From a virus (taxonomy: Duplodnaviria > Caudoviricetes), in IMG/VR virus record IMGVR_UViG_3300036793_000118, positions 1-28,699 of that record: a stretch of 28,699 nucleotides of DNA; one strand, 5' to 3'. The position numbers were made by a program, and so were the translations under genes. Shown here piece by piece: positions 9,518 to 17,970 of the stretch. The notes below the pieces were generated by a model. It ran no database searches, was not told where the DNA came from, and saw only the letters and a list, made by a program, of their open reading frames with translations. Each line of letters starts with the position of its first letter. Position 1 is the stretch's first letter.

Positions 9518-11512
9518 ATGACCTATCCGGGAAACCTTCCCGCCGCCACCGTCGTCGGGACCCTCCGCGACGAGCAGGCCCGCCCGCTGAAAAGCGCGGA
9601 GATGACGTTCAGCCTGCAGATCACGCGCGTGGTCGACCCGTCCTCCGGCGACCTGTTCTACAAGACGACCGACCCGCCGACCTGCACCACCGATGCCACG
9701 ACCGGCGAATTCACGGTCGAACTCCTGCCCACCAACGACCCGGATGAATCCCCGATAAACTGGGTCTGGCATGTGGCCGTGTCCGGCATGGACAATGCCG
9801 CGCCGCCAGCAGCATTCACCGACGCGTTCGACATCGTGGTCCCGCACGATGTGGGTACGGTCGAGCTCGCCGCGGTCATTCAGGCCGGCCCCGCGAACGG
9901 CACCGTCTCACCGGTCTCGTTCTTCCAGCTGGCCGACGTGGACGACTCGGTTCCGTGGACCGACGGGCAGATCCCCGGCTTCGACGCGGCCACCGGGAAG
10001 CTGACCCCCGGCTCCGGTGGGTCCGGCCTACCGGCCGGCGGCACGAACGGGCAGATCGTCCGGAAGAACCCGACCACCGGGACCGCCGAGTGGGAGACCG
10101 GAACCGCTGCCATGTTCAGCGCTCAGGCTGTCGGCGATCCGCCGTCGCTGCATGCCGCAACTCACGGAATTTCTGGTGACGACTTCGTCACGCCGGCTTC
10201 GATTGGAGCGGCCAGCGCCGCGGCGGTCGCACTGATCAGCGGCCCGCAGATCTTCTACGTCGAGAACTACGGCGCGGTGGGTGATGGCACAACCGATGAC
10301 TCGGCCGCCATCAACTCCTGCATCGCAGCGGCCGTCACCTGGGCGGCCGCCGCTGCCGGATATGCGGAGGTCCGGTTCCAGGCGAAGACGTACCTCGTCA
10401 ATACCGTCACCAAGGGTGGCGCGGGGACCCTGGGCAACGCCATGATCAACCTGCCCGTCGTGGCGTCCACGGCCCGGAAGGTCACCCTGTGCCTCAAAGG
10501 CGCCGGGAATGCCGCCGCGTATTCGCATTGGCTGCAGACCGTTCCCCAGGCCGCCGGCACCGTCATCAAGACGACCCTGACCGGACTGACGCCGGACGGG
10601 ACCTACGGGGACGTGTCGATCATCGGCGGGCCGGGCCAGAACTACAACGGCGGAGGCGTGTTCAACGACTTCTTCTCCAACATGCTGGTCGTGATCGACG
10701 GCCTGGATGTGCAGGCCCCATTCAACCCGTCGATGGTCGGCATGGACTTCCGGCAACTCGCGTCCGCGCAGATCATTTCCGCATCCTGCATCGCGAACGC
10801 GGCCGTGGTCGGCAGCCCGTCACTGACGACCGCGCCGACCGACTCCAACGGTCTCGGCCTCGCCATGCCGAAGGCCACCAACAACGACATCAGCCAGATC
10901 GAGTCGTACACCTGCGAAGGCTTCTATTACGGCCTGTCGGTGTCGGAGCATTTCAACGCCCAACGCATCGGCTTCCTGTATGTCAACACCGGCCTGTATA
11001 TCCGGGCCGGCGGCGCACCGCTGCACGGTGCATCCATTCTGTATATGGGATGCGAGGCGTTCCGGCACGCCGTCGTCTGCGACTCCTCCTCATCCGGAAG
11101 CCCGCAGTTCCCGATATTCATTGGGCAATTGGACTGCGAGGCGATGGTTTCCGGTGGGGACCACATCTCGGACAACACCGGATCGTTCGGTGGCGCGCTG
11201 ATCGGCGAAGTGCACTGGGCCGAATACGACCTGTCCGTTCCGACCGTCGTCGGCGCCAAGCAGCTGCGGGTCATCAACGAACGCCAGGCGTTCGGCGCTG
11301 TCACCGCACCATCCGTACCCGCGACGGCCACGCCGCTGCAGAACCCGTTCTGGCGTGACGCCGCCGTCTACGTGGCCGGCACGCTGACCGGGATAAAGGT
11401 CGACGGGCAGGCCCTCGGCATTACCGCCGGTCTCGTGGAAGTCCCAACCGGCAAGACGATCGAGCTCGACTACTCCGGCACCGCACCCACCTGGGTGTGG
11501 GTCCTCCGCTAA
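9518..11512 (+). CDS. Tailspike/tail fibre 1 with pectate-lyase-3-like beta-helix (putative depolymerase)
   Basis: AGGAG SD; N-terminal anchor-like domain; FYVENYGAVGDGTTDDSAAIN motif that typically starts Pectate_lyase_3-type beta-helices. Confidence 0.8.
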   Translation: MTYPGNLPAATVVGTLRDEQARPLKSAEMTFSLQITRVVDPSSGDLFYKTTDPPTCTTDATTGEFTVELLPTNDPDESPINWVWHVAVSGMDNAAPPAAFTDAFDIVVPHDVGTVELAAVIQAGPANGTVSPVSFFQLADVDDSVPWTDGQIPGFDAATGKLTPGSGGSGLPAGGTNGQIVRKNPTTGTAEWETGTAAMFSAQAVGDPPSLHAATHGISGDDFVTPASIGAASAAAVALISGPQIFYVENYGAVGDGTTDDSAAINSCIAAAVTWAAAAAGYAEVRFQAKTYLVNTVTKGGAGTLGNAMINLPVVASTARKVTLCLKGAGNAAAYSHWLQTVPQAAGTVIKTTLTGLTPDGTYGDVSIIGGPGQNYNGGGVFNDFFSNMLVVIDGLDVQAPFNPSMVGMDFRQLASAQIISASCIANAAVVGSPSLTTAPTDSNGLGLAMPKATNNDISQIESYTCEGFYYGLSVSEHFNAQRIGFLYVNTGLYIRAGGAPLHGASILYMGCEAFRHAVVCDSSSSGSPQFPIFIGQLDCEAMVSGGDHISDNTGSFGGALIGEVHWAEYDLSVPTVVGAKQLRVINERQAFGAVTAPSVPATATPLQNPFWRDAAVYVAGTLTGIKVDGQALGITAGLVEVPTGKTIELDYSGTAPTWVWVLR

Positions 11513-11535
11513 CCCCACACCGGGAAAGGCTGCGC

Positions 11536-13605
11536 ATGGCCGACATTGTCTACACCCCTGTCCGCACGAACTACGCCAACTTCACCGACGACCCGACCGT
11601 CCCCCCGATCTCCGGCCCCGAACTCGAGGGCCGCGACGACGGCATCACCGCCGTCACGACACAGGCCAACACGGCGCTGTCCACCGCCACGAGCGCCGGC
11701 ACCGCTGCCGCCGCAGCGCAGACCACCGCCACTGCAGCCCAGGCGACGGCCGGCGCCGCAGCAGCCAAGGCGGCGAACCTGTCCGACCTGGCCGACGCTC
11801 CGACCGCCCGCACCAACCTCGGGCTCGGCACCGCCGCCACCCATGCGGCCACCGACTTCGACCCGGCCGGCAGTGCCACTGCCGCGGCGGCCGCCGTGGT
11901 CAACTCGGCGCCAGCCACCCTGGACACGTTGAAGGAACTCGCCGACGCGCTCGGCGACGACAACAACTACGCCGCTACCACCGCGACCGCGCTGGCCGCG
12001 CGGATGCAGAAGACGGCGAACCTGTCCGACGTGGCCTCGCCGGCCACGGCCCTGACGAACCTCGGCGGCGCCTCGGTCGCGTCCCTCCTGCAGGTGAAGG
12101 GCGCCCGGTACTTCGTCGAGGACGCCGGCGCGAAAGGCGACGCGAAGGTCGTGTTCGACGGCGCGATCACCACCGGCACGGCCGCGTTCTCCTCGGCCAC
12201 CGCGGCGTTCGCGTCCGGCGACGTCGGGAAGGTCATCACCGTTGCCGGTGCCGGCGCGGCCGGGGTCGCGCTCACCACGACCATCTCCGCCTTCACCGAT
12301 GGCACGCACGTCACCCTCGCCACCAACGCCGGGACGACCGTCTCCGCGGCCCGGGTCGTGTTCGGCACCGACGACACGGCGGCCATCAAAGCAGCGTTCG
12401 CCACGGCCGTCGCCAACGCGCAGGCCGCCGGCACCTACCGGGCCGACGTGCAGTTCCAGTCCAAGATCTACCTGTGCAACGGGCCGTTGACGAAGGGCGA
12501 CGCCGGGTCGCTCGGCAACGCAATCCTCCCCCTGCCGCTGGTCACCGCGACCCTGCACAAGGTCACGCTCGTGCTGCACGGCTACGGATCGGCGGCCTAC
12601 TCCCACTGGGATCAGGCTGTCCCGCAGCGCGACGGCACGGTCATCATGACCACGCTCACCGGGCTCACCACGGACGGCACCTGGGGCGACCCGAGCATCA
12701 TCGGCGGCCCCGGACCGAACTACAACGGCGGCACCGAGAGCAACGACAAATTCTCCAACATGCTCATCGTGATCGACGGGATCGTCCTGTCCGCGCCACA
12801 GAACCCCAGCATGGTCGGATTCGATTTCCGGCAGGTCGCATCCGCCTACGTGCGCGAAGCGAAATGCACCGTGTTCGTGCCCACCACCGGCGCGACGCCG
12901 AACCTGACCACCCAGCCGACCAACTCCACCGGCATGGGCCTGGGCATGCCGAAGGCCGTCAACAACGACATCAGCCAGATCGAGTCGTACACCTGCGAGG
13001 GCTGGTATTACGGGATCTCCATCTCGGAGCACTTCAACGCACAGCGCCTCGGATTCCTCTACGTCAACACGGGCGTGTTCGTCGCCGCGTCCGGCGCGGT
13101 CCTGCACGGTGCGTCGATCCTCTACATCGGCTGCGAGAGCTTCAAGACGGCCCTGTTCTGCAGCTCCTCATCGTCCGGGACGCCGCAGTTCCCGATCAAC
13201 ATCGGGCTCCTGGACTGTGAGGCAATGCTGTCCGGCGGAAGCCACATCATCGACCTCACCGGCTCCATCAGCGCGCTGACCGGGGAGATCGGCTGGGCCG
13301 ACTACCAGCACACCGCCCCGACCGTATCCGGCGCCACCAACGTGGACATCAAGAATTTCCGGCAGGCCCCCGGCGCGGTCACCGCGCCGACGATTCCGGC
13401 ATCCGGGACGGCGCTGCGTAACCCGTTCTTCAAGCGCTGCGCGGTCTACATCACCGGCACCTCAATGACCGACGTGAAGGTCGATGGGGTGGCTGTGTCC
13501 ACGGCCGCATCGCTGACCGGCGCGCTGTTCGAGCTGCCGAGCTCGAAGGCGATCACCCTGGATTACACCGGCACCGCGCCGACGTGGGTCTGGACCGCAC
13601 TGTGA
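11536..13605 (+). CDS. Tailspike/tail fibre 2, paralog of 9518..11512
   Basis: ATG 11536 with GAAAGG SD; fibre repeats NLSDL..ARTNLG and APATLDTLKELADALGDD; YFVEDAGAKGD...GTDDTAAI; C-terminal roughly 420 aa colinear with tailspike 1 down to DY.GTAPTWVW. Confidence 0.8.
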   Translation: MADIVYTPVRTNYANFTDDPTVPPISGPELEGRDDGITAVTTQANTALSTATSAGTAAAAAQTTATAAQATAGAAAAKAANLSDLADAPTARTNLGLGTAATHAATDFDPAGSATAAAAAVVNSAPATLDTLKELADALGDDNNYAATTATALAARMQKTANLSDVASPATALTNLGGASVASLLQVKGARYFVEDAGAKGDAKVVFDGAITTGTAAFSSATAAFASGDVGKVITVAGAGAAGVALTTTISAFTDGTHVTLATNAGTTVSAARVVFGTDDTAAIKAAFATAVANAQAAGTYRADVQFQSKIYLCNGPLTKGDAGSLGNAILPLPLVTATLHKVTLVLHGYGSAAYSHWDQAVPQRDGTVIMTTLTGLTTDGTWGDPSIIGGPGPNYNGGTESNDKFSNMLIVIDGIVLSAPQNPSMVGFDFRQVASAYVREAKCTVFVPTTGATPNLTTQPTNSTGMGLGMPKAVNNDISQIESYTCEGWYYGISISEHFNAQRLGFLYVNTGVFVAASGAVLHGASILYIGCESFKTALFCSSSSSGTPQFPINIGLLDCEAMLSGGSHIIDLTGSISALTGEIGWADYQHTAPTVSGATNVDIKNFRQAPGAVTAPTIPASGTALRNPFFKRCAVYITGTSMTDVKVDGVAVSTAASLTGALFELPSSKAITLDYTGTAPTWVWTAL

Positions 13606-14729
13606 CCGGCCGGCACCGCATCACCAGCGCGCGCAGCAAGGCCGCCCTGCTCGCGGCCGGCGCACTGGCCGGTTCGCTTATTGCGGTGACGCTGACCGCG
13701 TCCGGGCAGACCGGGGCGACCGTGCAGGGCGACCAGACCTGCTCCTTCTCCATCGCCAATGGCGTCGTGTCGCCCCTGAACTGCGTCACGCCGAGCGCAC
13801 CGCCGACCAGCCCGTCGCCGACGGCGAGCCCTACGACCAGCAGCCCCACCGCCGATCCGACGACACCGAGCTCGTCGGCGACAACCCCGGCGCCGACGAT
13901 GACCGAAACCCCCACCGAGCTGCCCACCGGCCCGGCATCGGGATTCCCTGACGCCACCAACACGGGTGTTCCCGCCGGCACGGACCTGACCAACTCGGGC
14001 CCGATCACGACCAGCCACGACGGGCAGGTTATCCAGAACTTGAAGATCACCGGCACCGTGCTGGTGAAGAACGCGGGCGTTGTCATCCGGAACTGCGAAA
14101 TCGTCGGATCCGGAAACAGCTTCGGCGTGGAGCTGTTCACCGGCGCGTCGGGGACCGTCATTCAGGACTCGACCATTCACGGCGTCAACCAGGGCAAAAG
14201 CCGCCTCATGTACGGCATCTTCGACTACAACGGGGCGAACGCTGCCGGCCTGACGGTGCAACGAGTCAACGCCTACTGGATCAGCCACGACGTCCAAGTC
14301 GAACAGGGTGTCATCGCCGACTCGTATTTCCATGACATGGGATTCGTGCCCGGCGATCACACCGAACCGATCGGGTCATGGGGTGGCAGCAAAGGCCAGC
14401 TCACCATCCACCACAACACCATCCTCAACGACCAGGACCAGACCGCCGCGATCTACCTGACGGCGCAGTACGGCAACGAGGTCAACCGCACCGTCACCGA
14501 CAACCTCCTCGCGGGCGGCGGCTACACCATCTACGGCGGTGCCCGGTCCGGCGGCTACTCCACCGCGAACATTGTGATCACCGGCAACCAATTCTCGAAC
14601 CGGTACTTCCCGAAAGCCGGCTCCTACGGACCGGCCGCCTACTACACCGCCTCCGACCCCGGCAACGTCTGGTCCGGGAACACCTGGGCCGACGGGGCGA
14701 GCGCCGGCAAGGCGGTGGCGTCCCCGTGA
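13602..14729 (+). CDS. Exported/membrane-anchored protein with Pro/Thr/Ser linker and right-handed beta-helix
   Basis: GTGA overlap with the upstream stop; MTGRHR... basic N-terminus, hydrophobic AALLAAGALAGSLIAVTL, PTS-rich linker, then GFPDATNTGVPAG and Asn/Gly-rich beta-helix-like repeats (TIHHNTI, TVTDNLL, VITGNQF, VWSGNTW). Confidence 0.7.
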   Translation: MTGRHRITSARSKAALLAAGALAGSLIAVTLTASGQTGATVQGDQTCSFSIANGVVSPLNCVTPSAPPTSPSPTASPTTSSPTADPTTPSSSATTPAPTMTETPTELPTGPASGFPDATNTGVPAGTDLTNSGPITTSHDGQVIQNLKITGTVLVKNAGVVIRNCEIVGSGNSFGVELFTGASGTVIQDSTIHGVNQGKSRLMYGIFDYNGANAAGLTVQRVNAYWISHDVQVEQGVIADSYFHDMGFVPGDHTEPIGSWGGSKGQLTIHHNTILNDQDQTAAIYLTAQYGNEVNRTVTDNLLAGGGYTIYGGARSGGYSTANIVITGNQFSNRYFPKAGSYGPAAYYTASDPGNVWSGNTWADGASAGKAVASP

Positions 14730-15094
14730 CCACCACAACGACCGCCCTCCCGGGCCTCGCGCTGCTGGGGCTCGCGCTGCCCGGCGTGAGCAGCTCCGGA
14801 GATCCGACGCTCATCACGGTGACCAACACCCTGATCCTGCCCACCGGCGCGCCGAACGTCGGCGTCACCGTATCGGCGGCCCTCGTCTCGGCCAGCCCGT
14901 GGCTCTCGGACGGACGCGAGATCAGCGGCTTCGCCACCGCGGTCACCGACGACACCGGCATGTGGTCGATGGACCTGCTCTCCAACTCCCCCGGGTCGTA
15001 TTACGTCATCCGGGAATCGATGGCCACCCGCTGGAATATCACCGTCCCATCGGCCGGCGGCCCCTACAAGGTCGAGGACATTCTCACCCCCTGA
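14726..15094 (+). CDS. Small protein resembling the N-terminal anchor domain of tailspike 1
   Basis: GTGA overlap; 122 aa; TAVTDDTGMWSMDLLSN...WNITVPSAGGPYKVEDIL aligns by eye with TCTTDATTGEFTVELLPT...FDIVVPHDVGTVELAAVI of 9518..11512. Confidence 0.6.
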   Translation: MTTTTTALPGLALLGLALPGVSSSGDPTLITVTNTLILPTGAPNVGVTVSAALVSASPWLSDGREISGFATAVTDDTGMWSMDLLSNSPGSYYVIRESMATRWNITVPSAGGPYKVEDILTP

Positions 15095-15117
15095 CCCCTA
15101 CCGATCGGACACCCGCA

Positions 15118-15993
15118 ATGACAGCAGATCAGGGCTTCGACTTCAGCCACTACCAGGGCGTGATCGACTGGCATGCAGTGAAGGCCGCCGGCATCAAGTT
15201 CGCCTACGGCAAGGTCATCGAAGGCACCGGCTCGCCGGACGCCCGATGGGCAGCGAACCGGGCCGGCGCGCTGGCCGTGGGCATTCCGGTCGGCGGCTAC
15301 TTCTGGGCCCACCCCAACCTCGACCCGGTCGCCTCGGCCGACGGATTCACCTCGCGCCTCAACCAGTTCCCCGGCATGCTGCAGCCGGTCCTGGACATCG
15401 AGCACAACGGCAACCCGACCAGCAACCCGACCAGCCCGGGCGGACGGACGCCGACCCAGATTCATAACTGGATACATACCTTCCGGGCCCGGGTCCAGTC
15501 GCGCGGCTACCGCCTCGACACCTACACCGGCGGCTGGTTCTGGAATGCGTACGTGCTGCCCGGAATCCCCGGCGGACACTGCGACGAATGCGCTAACTCC
15601 CGGCTGTACCTGTCCCGGTACGCCTCCGACATGGGTGCGGTCCCGAAGCCGTGGACCCACGCCGCGGTCTGGCAGTACACCGAGACTGGGACCGTGCCCG
15701 GCGTCCCGAGCTCGGGCGAGGACCGCGACGTCCTGGTCGGCACCGAGCAACTGTCCGACCTGATCTACGGCGCACCCGCGCCGACGCCCACACCCGCACC
15801 TCCCGCCAAGAAGGAGCTACCCGACATGCTCATCGCCCGCCCCACCACGCCCGGTACATACCTGCTCGTCTCCGGTGCCGGCGTCACCGTCCTGCTCGAC
15901 AGTGAGTCCGTCAGCGCGCTGGTCAAGGTTGGCGTCCCGGAGGCCACCCTGTCCGACGCTGACTTCGCCCGGGTCAAGGCGCTGGTCAAGTGA
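15118..15993 (+). CDS. Endolysin, GH25 muramidase
   Basis: GFDFSHYQGVIDW...FAYGKVIEG...GGYFWA...PVLDIE...WQYT...DRD match GH25 motifs, followed by a Pro-rich linker and short C-terminal domain. ATG 15118 chosen over the track start. Confidence 0.92.
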   Translation: MTADQGFDFSHYQGVIDWHAVKAAGIKFAYGKVIEGTGSPDARWAANRAGALAVGIPVGGYFWAHPNLDPVASADGFTSRLNQFPGMLQPVLDIEHNGNPTSNPTSPGGRTPTQIHNWIHTFRARVQSRGYRLDTYTGGWFWNAYVLPGIPGGHCDECANSRLYLSRYASDMGAVPKPWTHAAVWQYTETGTVPGVPSSGEDRDVLVGTEQLSDLIYGAPAPTPTPAPPAKKELPDMLIARPTTPGTYLLVSGAGVTVLLDSESVSALVKVGVPEATLSDADFARVKALVK

Positions 15994-16277
15994 GCGCCCT
16001 TCGGAAGTTCGCCGGCAAGATCGCGAACGAGCCCATCGCCCACCTGGCCGGCACGGTCCAGTCCATGCTCGTCTGGCTGTTCACCTACGTCGTGACGTCG
16101 TGGGATCCGTCCACGCATCAGCAAGAACTCGCCGGCCTCGCCACGGCCGGGGCCTACGCGATCGCACTGATCGCCCGGCAGTTCGTCACCCCCGTGGCGA
16201 AGACACCCGCCCCGGCGCCGGTCGCGGCCGTCGAGCAACCGGCCGTCCCGGCAGTGCCCACAGTTCCCGTGGCGTAG
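15990..16277 (+). CDS. Holin
   Basis: 95 aa, GTGA overlap with the endolysin, two hydrophobic segments, NEP...RQFVTPV motif common in actinophage holins. Confidence 0.8.
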   Translation: MSALRKFAGKIANEPIAHLAGTVQSMLVWLFTYVVTSWDPSTHQQELAGLATAGAYAIALIARQFVTPVAKTPAPAPVAAVEQPAVPAVPTVPVA

Positions 16278-16303
16278 CTCGGTCCCCTGTAGCTCGGTCC
16301 CCT
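16274..16303. repeat. Perfect 15-bp tandem duplication GTAGCTCGGTCCCCT x2
   Basis: Read directly; the first copy contains the holin TAG stop. Confidence 0.95.
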
Positions 16304-16313
16304 GCACAACCTG

Positions 16314-16360
16314 ACGCCCCCGCATCGCCTCTCGCGAGGCGATGCGGGGGCGTTCTTTCG
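16314..16360 (+). terminator. Intrinsic terminator of the late operon, possibly bidirectional
   Basis: Perfect 18-bp stem ACGCCCCCGCATCGCCTC (16314-16331) / GAGGCGATGCGGGGGCGT (16336-16353), 4-nt loop, followed by TCTTTCG; lies between convergent genes. Confidence 0.9.
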
Positions 16361-16367
16361 TGCGAAC

Positions 16368-16685
16368 TTAGGAAGCTTCCGCTTCAGCTTCTGCTCGGGT
16401 CTGTATCCCGGAAATGGCCTCCCCGGTGATCATGGACAGGTCGTCCGCCCGGGCCATGCGCTCGCCGCGAATGAAGTCGGTCGGCGGCCGCTTGTAGGCG
16501 TTCACCAGTTTGACGTAGATCATGCGGCTGCTCGAGCGCCGGTCGTTACCGTCGCCGCGCAGGAGCCGGATCATCGCCTCCAATACGGCGTCCGGAGTGA
16601 TGGCGTGACCGTAGCGGGCGAACAGCTCCACTAGATCCCTCATCAGCCCTTCGGGCAGGTTGTGGTCGGGTACATTTTCGGACAT
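16368..16685 (-). CDS. Hypothetical protein (105 aa)
   Basis: MSENVPDHNLPEGLMRDLVELFARYG...; GGGG SD-like sequence upstream; GC-rich third positions; ends just before the terminator. Confidence 0.65.
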   Translation of the reverse strand: MSENVPDHNLPEGLMRDLVELFARYGHAITPDAVLEAMIRLLRGDGNDRRSSSRMIYVKLVNAYKRPPTDFIRGERMARADDLSMITGEAISGIQTRAEAEAEAS

Positions 16686-16761
16686 GCGATCGGACCCCCA
16701 ATGGTCTGAATCGTTAGCCCTCGGCCGGTGCTCGAACACCGGTCGGGGGCGCTATCTTCTG

Positions 16762-17427
16762 TCAACCGGCGCGATGCGCCTCGTTCTCGTCGAGGAACAC
16801 GCGGCCCGGCTCAGGCATGTCAGCGCCGCCGATCATCAGCACGCTCGACTTCGCCCCCGGTAACACGTTGGAGTCGCCCCCCCAGTCGGCGTCGGTGATG
16901 GCATTGCCGGTGTTGATCTCGGTGTTGTCATCCTCATTGGTGATGTCCTGACGGATGGCGTCGACCTCGTTGCTGGCGGTCTCGAGCGGATACGTCTTGC
17001 CCGCGGTCGAGACGATGGACAGGTCCGAATACCAGGCGGTCTCGGCGCCCTTGGTGTTGTCGATCGTCATGGTGACGTAGTTGACCGGCTTCACATATCC
17101 GGTCAGGCGACGGTAGGCCTGCACCTGCTGGACCTCGGCGTTGTCGAGGCCGGGCCGGATCGAGATGGTGTAGACGGTTCCGCGCTGCGGGTCGGTCACC
17201 CGGTAGGTGCCCCAGCCCGCAGTCGGCCGGGCCGGCTTCGGCTTCGTGGTCTGCGGTGGCTGCGTGACGCCGGTCGCGCTGGTCGGCGAGCTAGCCGGGA
17301 GCGACGATGCAGCCGGCGCGGCCTTGGTGTCGGCGGCCGCCTTCGGCGTACCCGCGTGCTGGCTGCTGCAGCCAACGGCGACGACGGAAATGAGAGCCGC
17401 GCCTATCGCGGCAGGGATGATGCGCAT
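16762..17427 (-). CDS. Lipoprotein (221 aa), possible DUF4352-like Ig fold / superinfection-exclusion candidate
   Basis: GGGGGA SD; MRIIPAAIGAALISVVAVG-C lipobox; Ala/Pro/Ser/Thr linker; YVTMTIDNTKG...VLPGAKSSVLM. Confidence 0.8.
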   Translation of the reverse strand: MRIIPAAIGAALISVVAVGCSSQHAGTPKAAADTKAAPAASSLPASSPTSATGVTQPPQTTKPKPARPTAGWGTYRVTDPQRGTVYTISIRPGLDNAEVQQVQAYRRLTGYVKPVNYVTMTIDNTKGAETAWYSDLSIVSTAGKTYPLETASNEVDAIRQDITNEDDNTEINTGNAITDADWGGDSNVLPGAKSSVLMIGGADMPEPGRVFLDENEAHRAG

Positions 17428-17540
17428 GATGGTTGATTCCCCCCAGAATCGAGACGCTGTGAGTGTGGGCGTGATGACGGGCCGCTGATACTTAGTTGCG
17501 GAAAGTTGGTCCGGATAGCCGGAGCGATGAGCCGGACGGC

Positions 17541-17777
17541 TCAGCGCCACGCCTTGTCCGGGACGATGACCTTCGCCGGCCGGCGGCCGACCTCGTAGCA
17601 GGCGCGGACCGCGGCGGCGACGTCCCGGTCCGCGTGGGACCACTGGTCGATCAGCACGATGCAGCGGCAGCGCTTGCGGCCGTCGCGCCAGCGCGCCTCG
17701 TAGCAGCCGCGGCCGAGGCCGAAGCGCTTCACGACGTTGACGATCACGGTCTGTCTGTTGGTCTCGATGACGAGCAT
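17541..17777 (-). CDS. Hypothetical basic protein (78 aa)
   Basis: MLVIETNRQTVIVNVVKRFGLGRGCYEARWRDG...; GGGG SD upstream; GC-rich third positions. Confidence 0.55.
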   Translation of the reverse strand: MLVIETNRQTVIVNVVKRFGLGRGCYEARWRDGRKRCRCIVLIDQWSHADRDVAAAVRACYEVGRRPAKVIVPDKAWR

Positions 17778-17789
17778 GTTGGCCCCGAT

Positions 17790-17970
17790 TCTGGACCGAT
17801 GGTGCGGCTCATCCAGAGCGTCAGGAGAGCGTCGCGGGAGTGGATCCCATCGGATTACATGAGACTGTATGCGACACTTCATGAGACGTCAAGCTACATC
17901 AAGAGCCTCTACGCAGCAGAGCGACGCACTCCACATGGTGGCTGTTCGGAAACACGTGCAAAAACGCTCA
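17790..17970. other. Putative attP region
   Basis: Non-coding, lower-GC stretch immediately downstream of the integrase, with phased direct repeats. The common core was not identified and no tRNA 3' half was recognised. Confidence 0.5.

Noticed and set aside
10240-13605. Diversity-generating retroelement TR/VR pair in the duplicated tailspikes
   Set aside because: Both copies are full coding paralogs, differences are not adenine-specific, and no reverse transcriptase is visible in the window.
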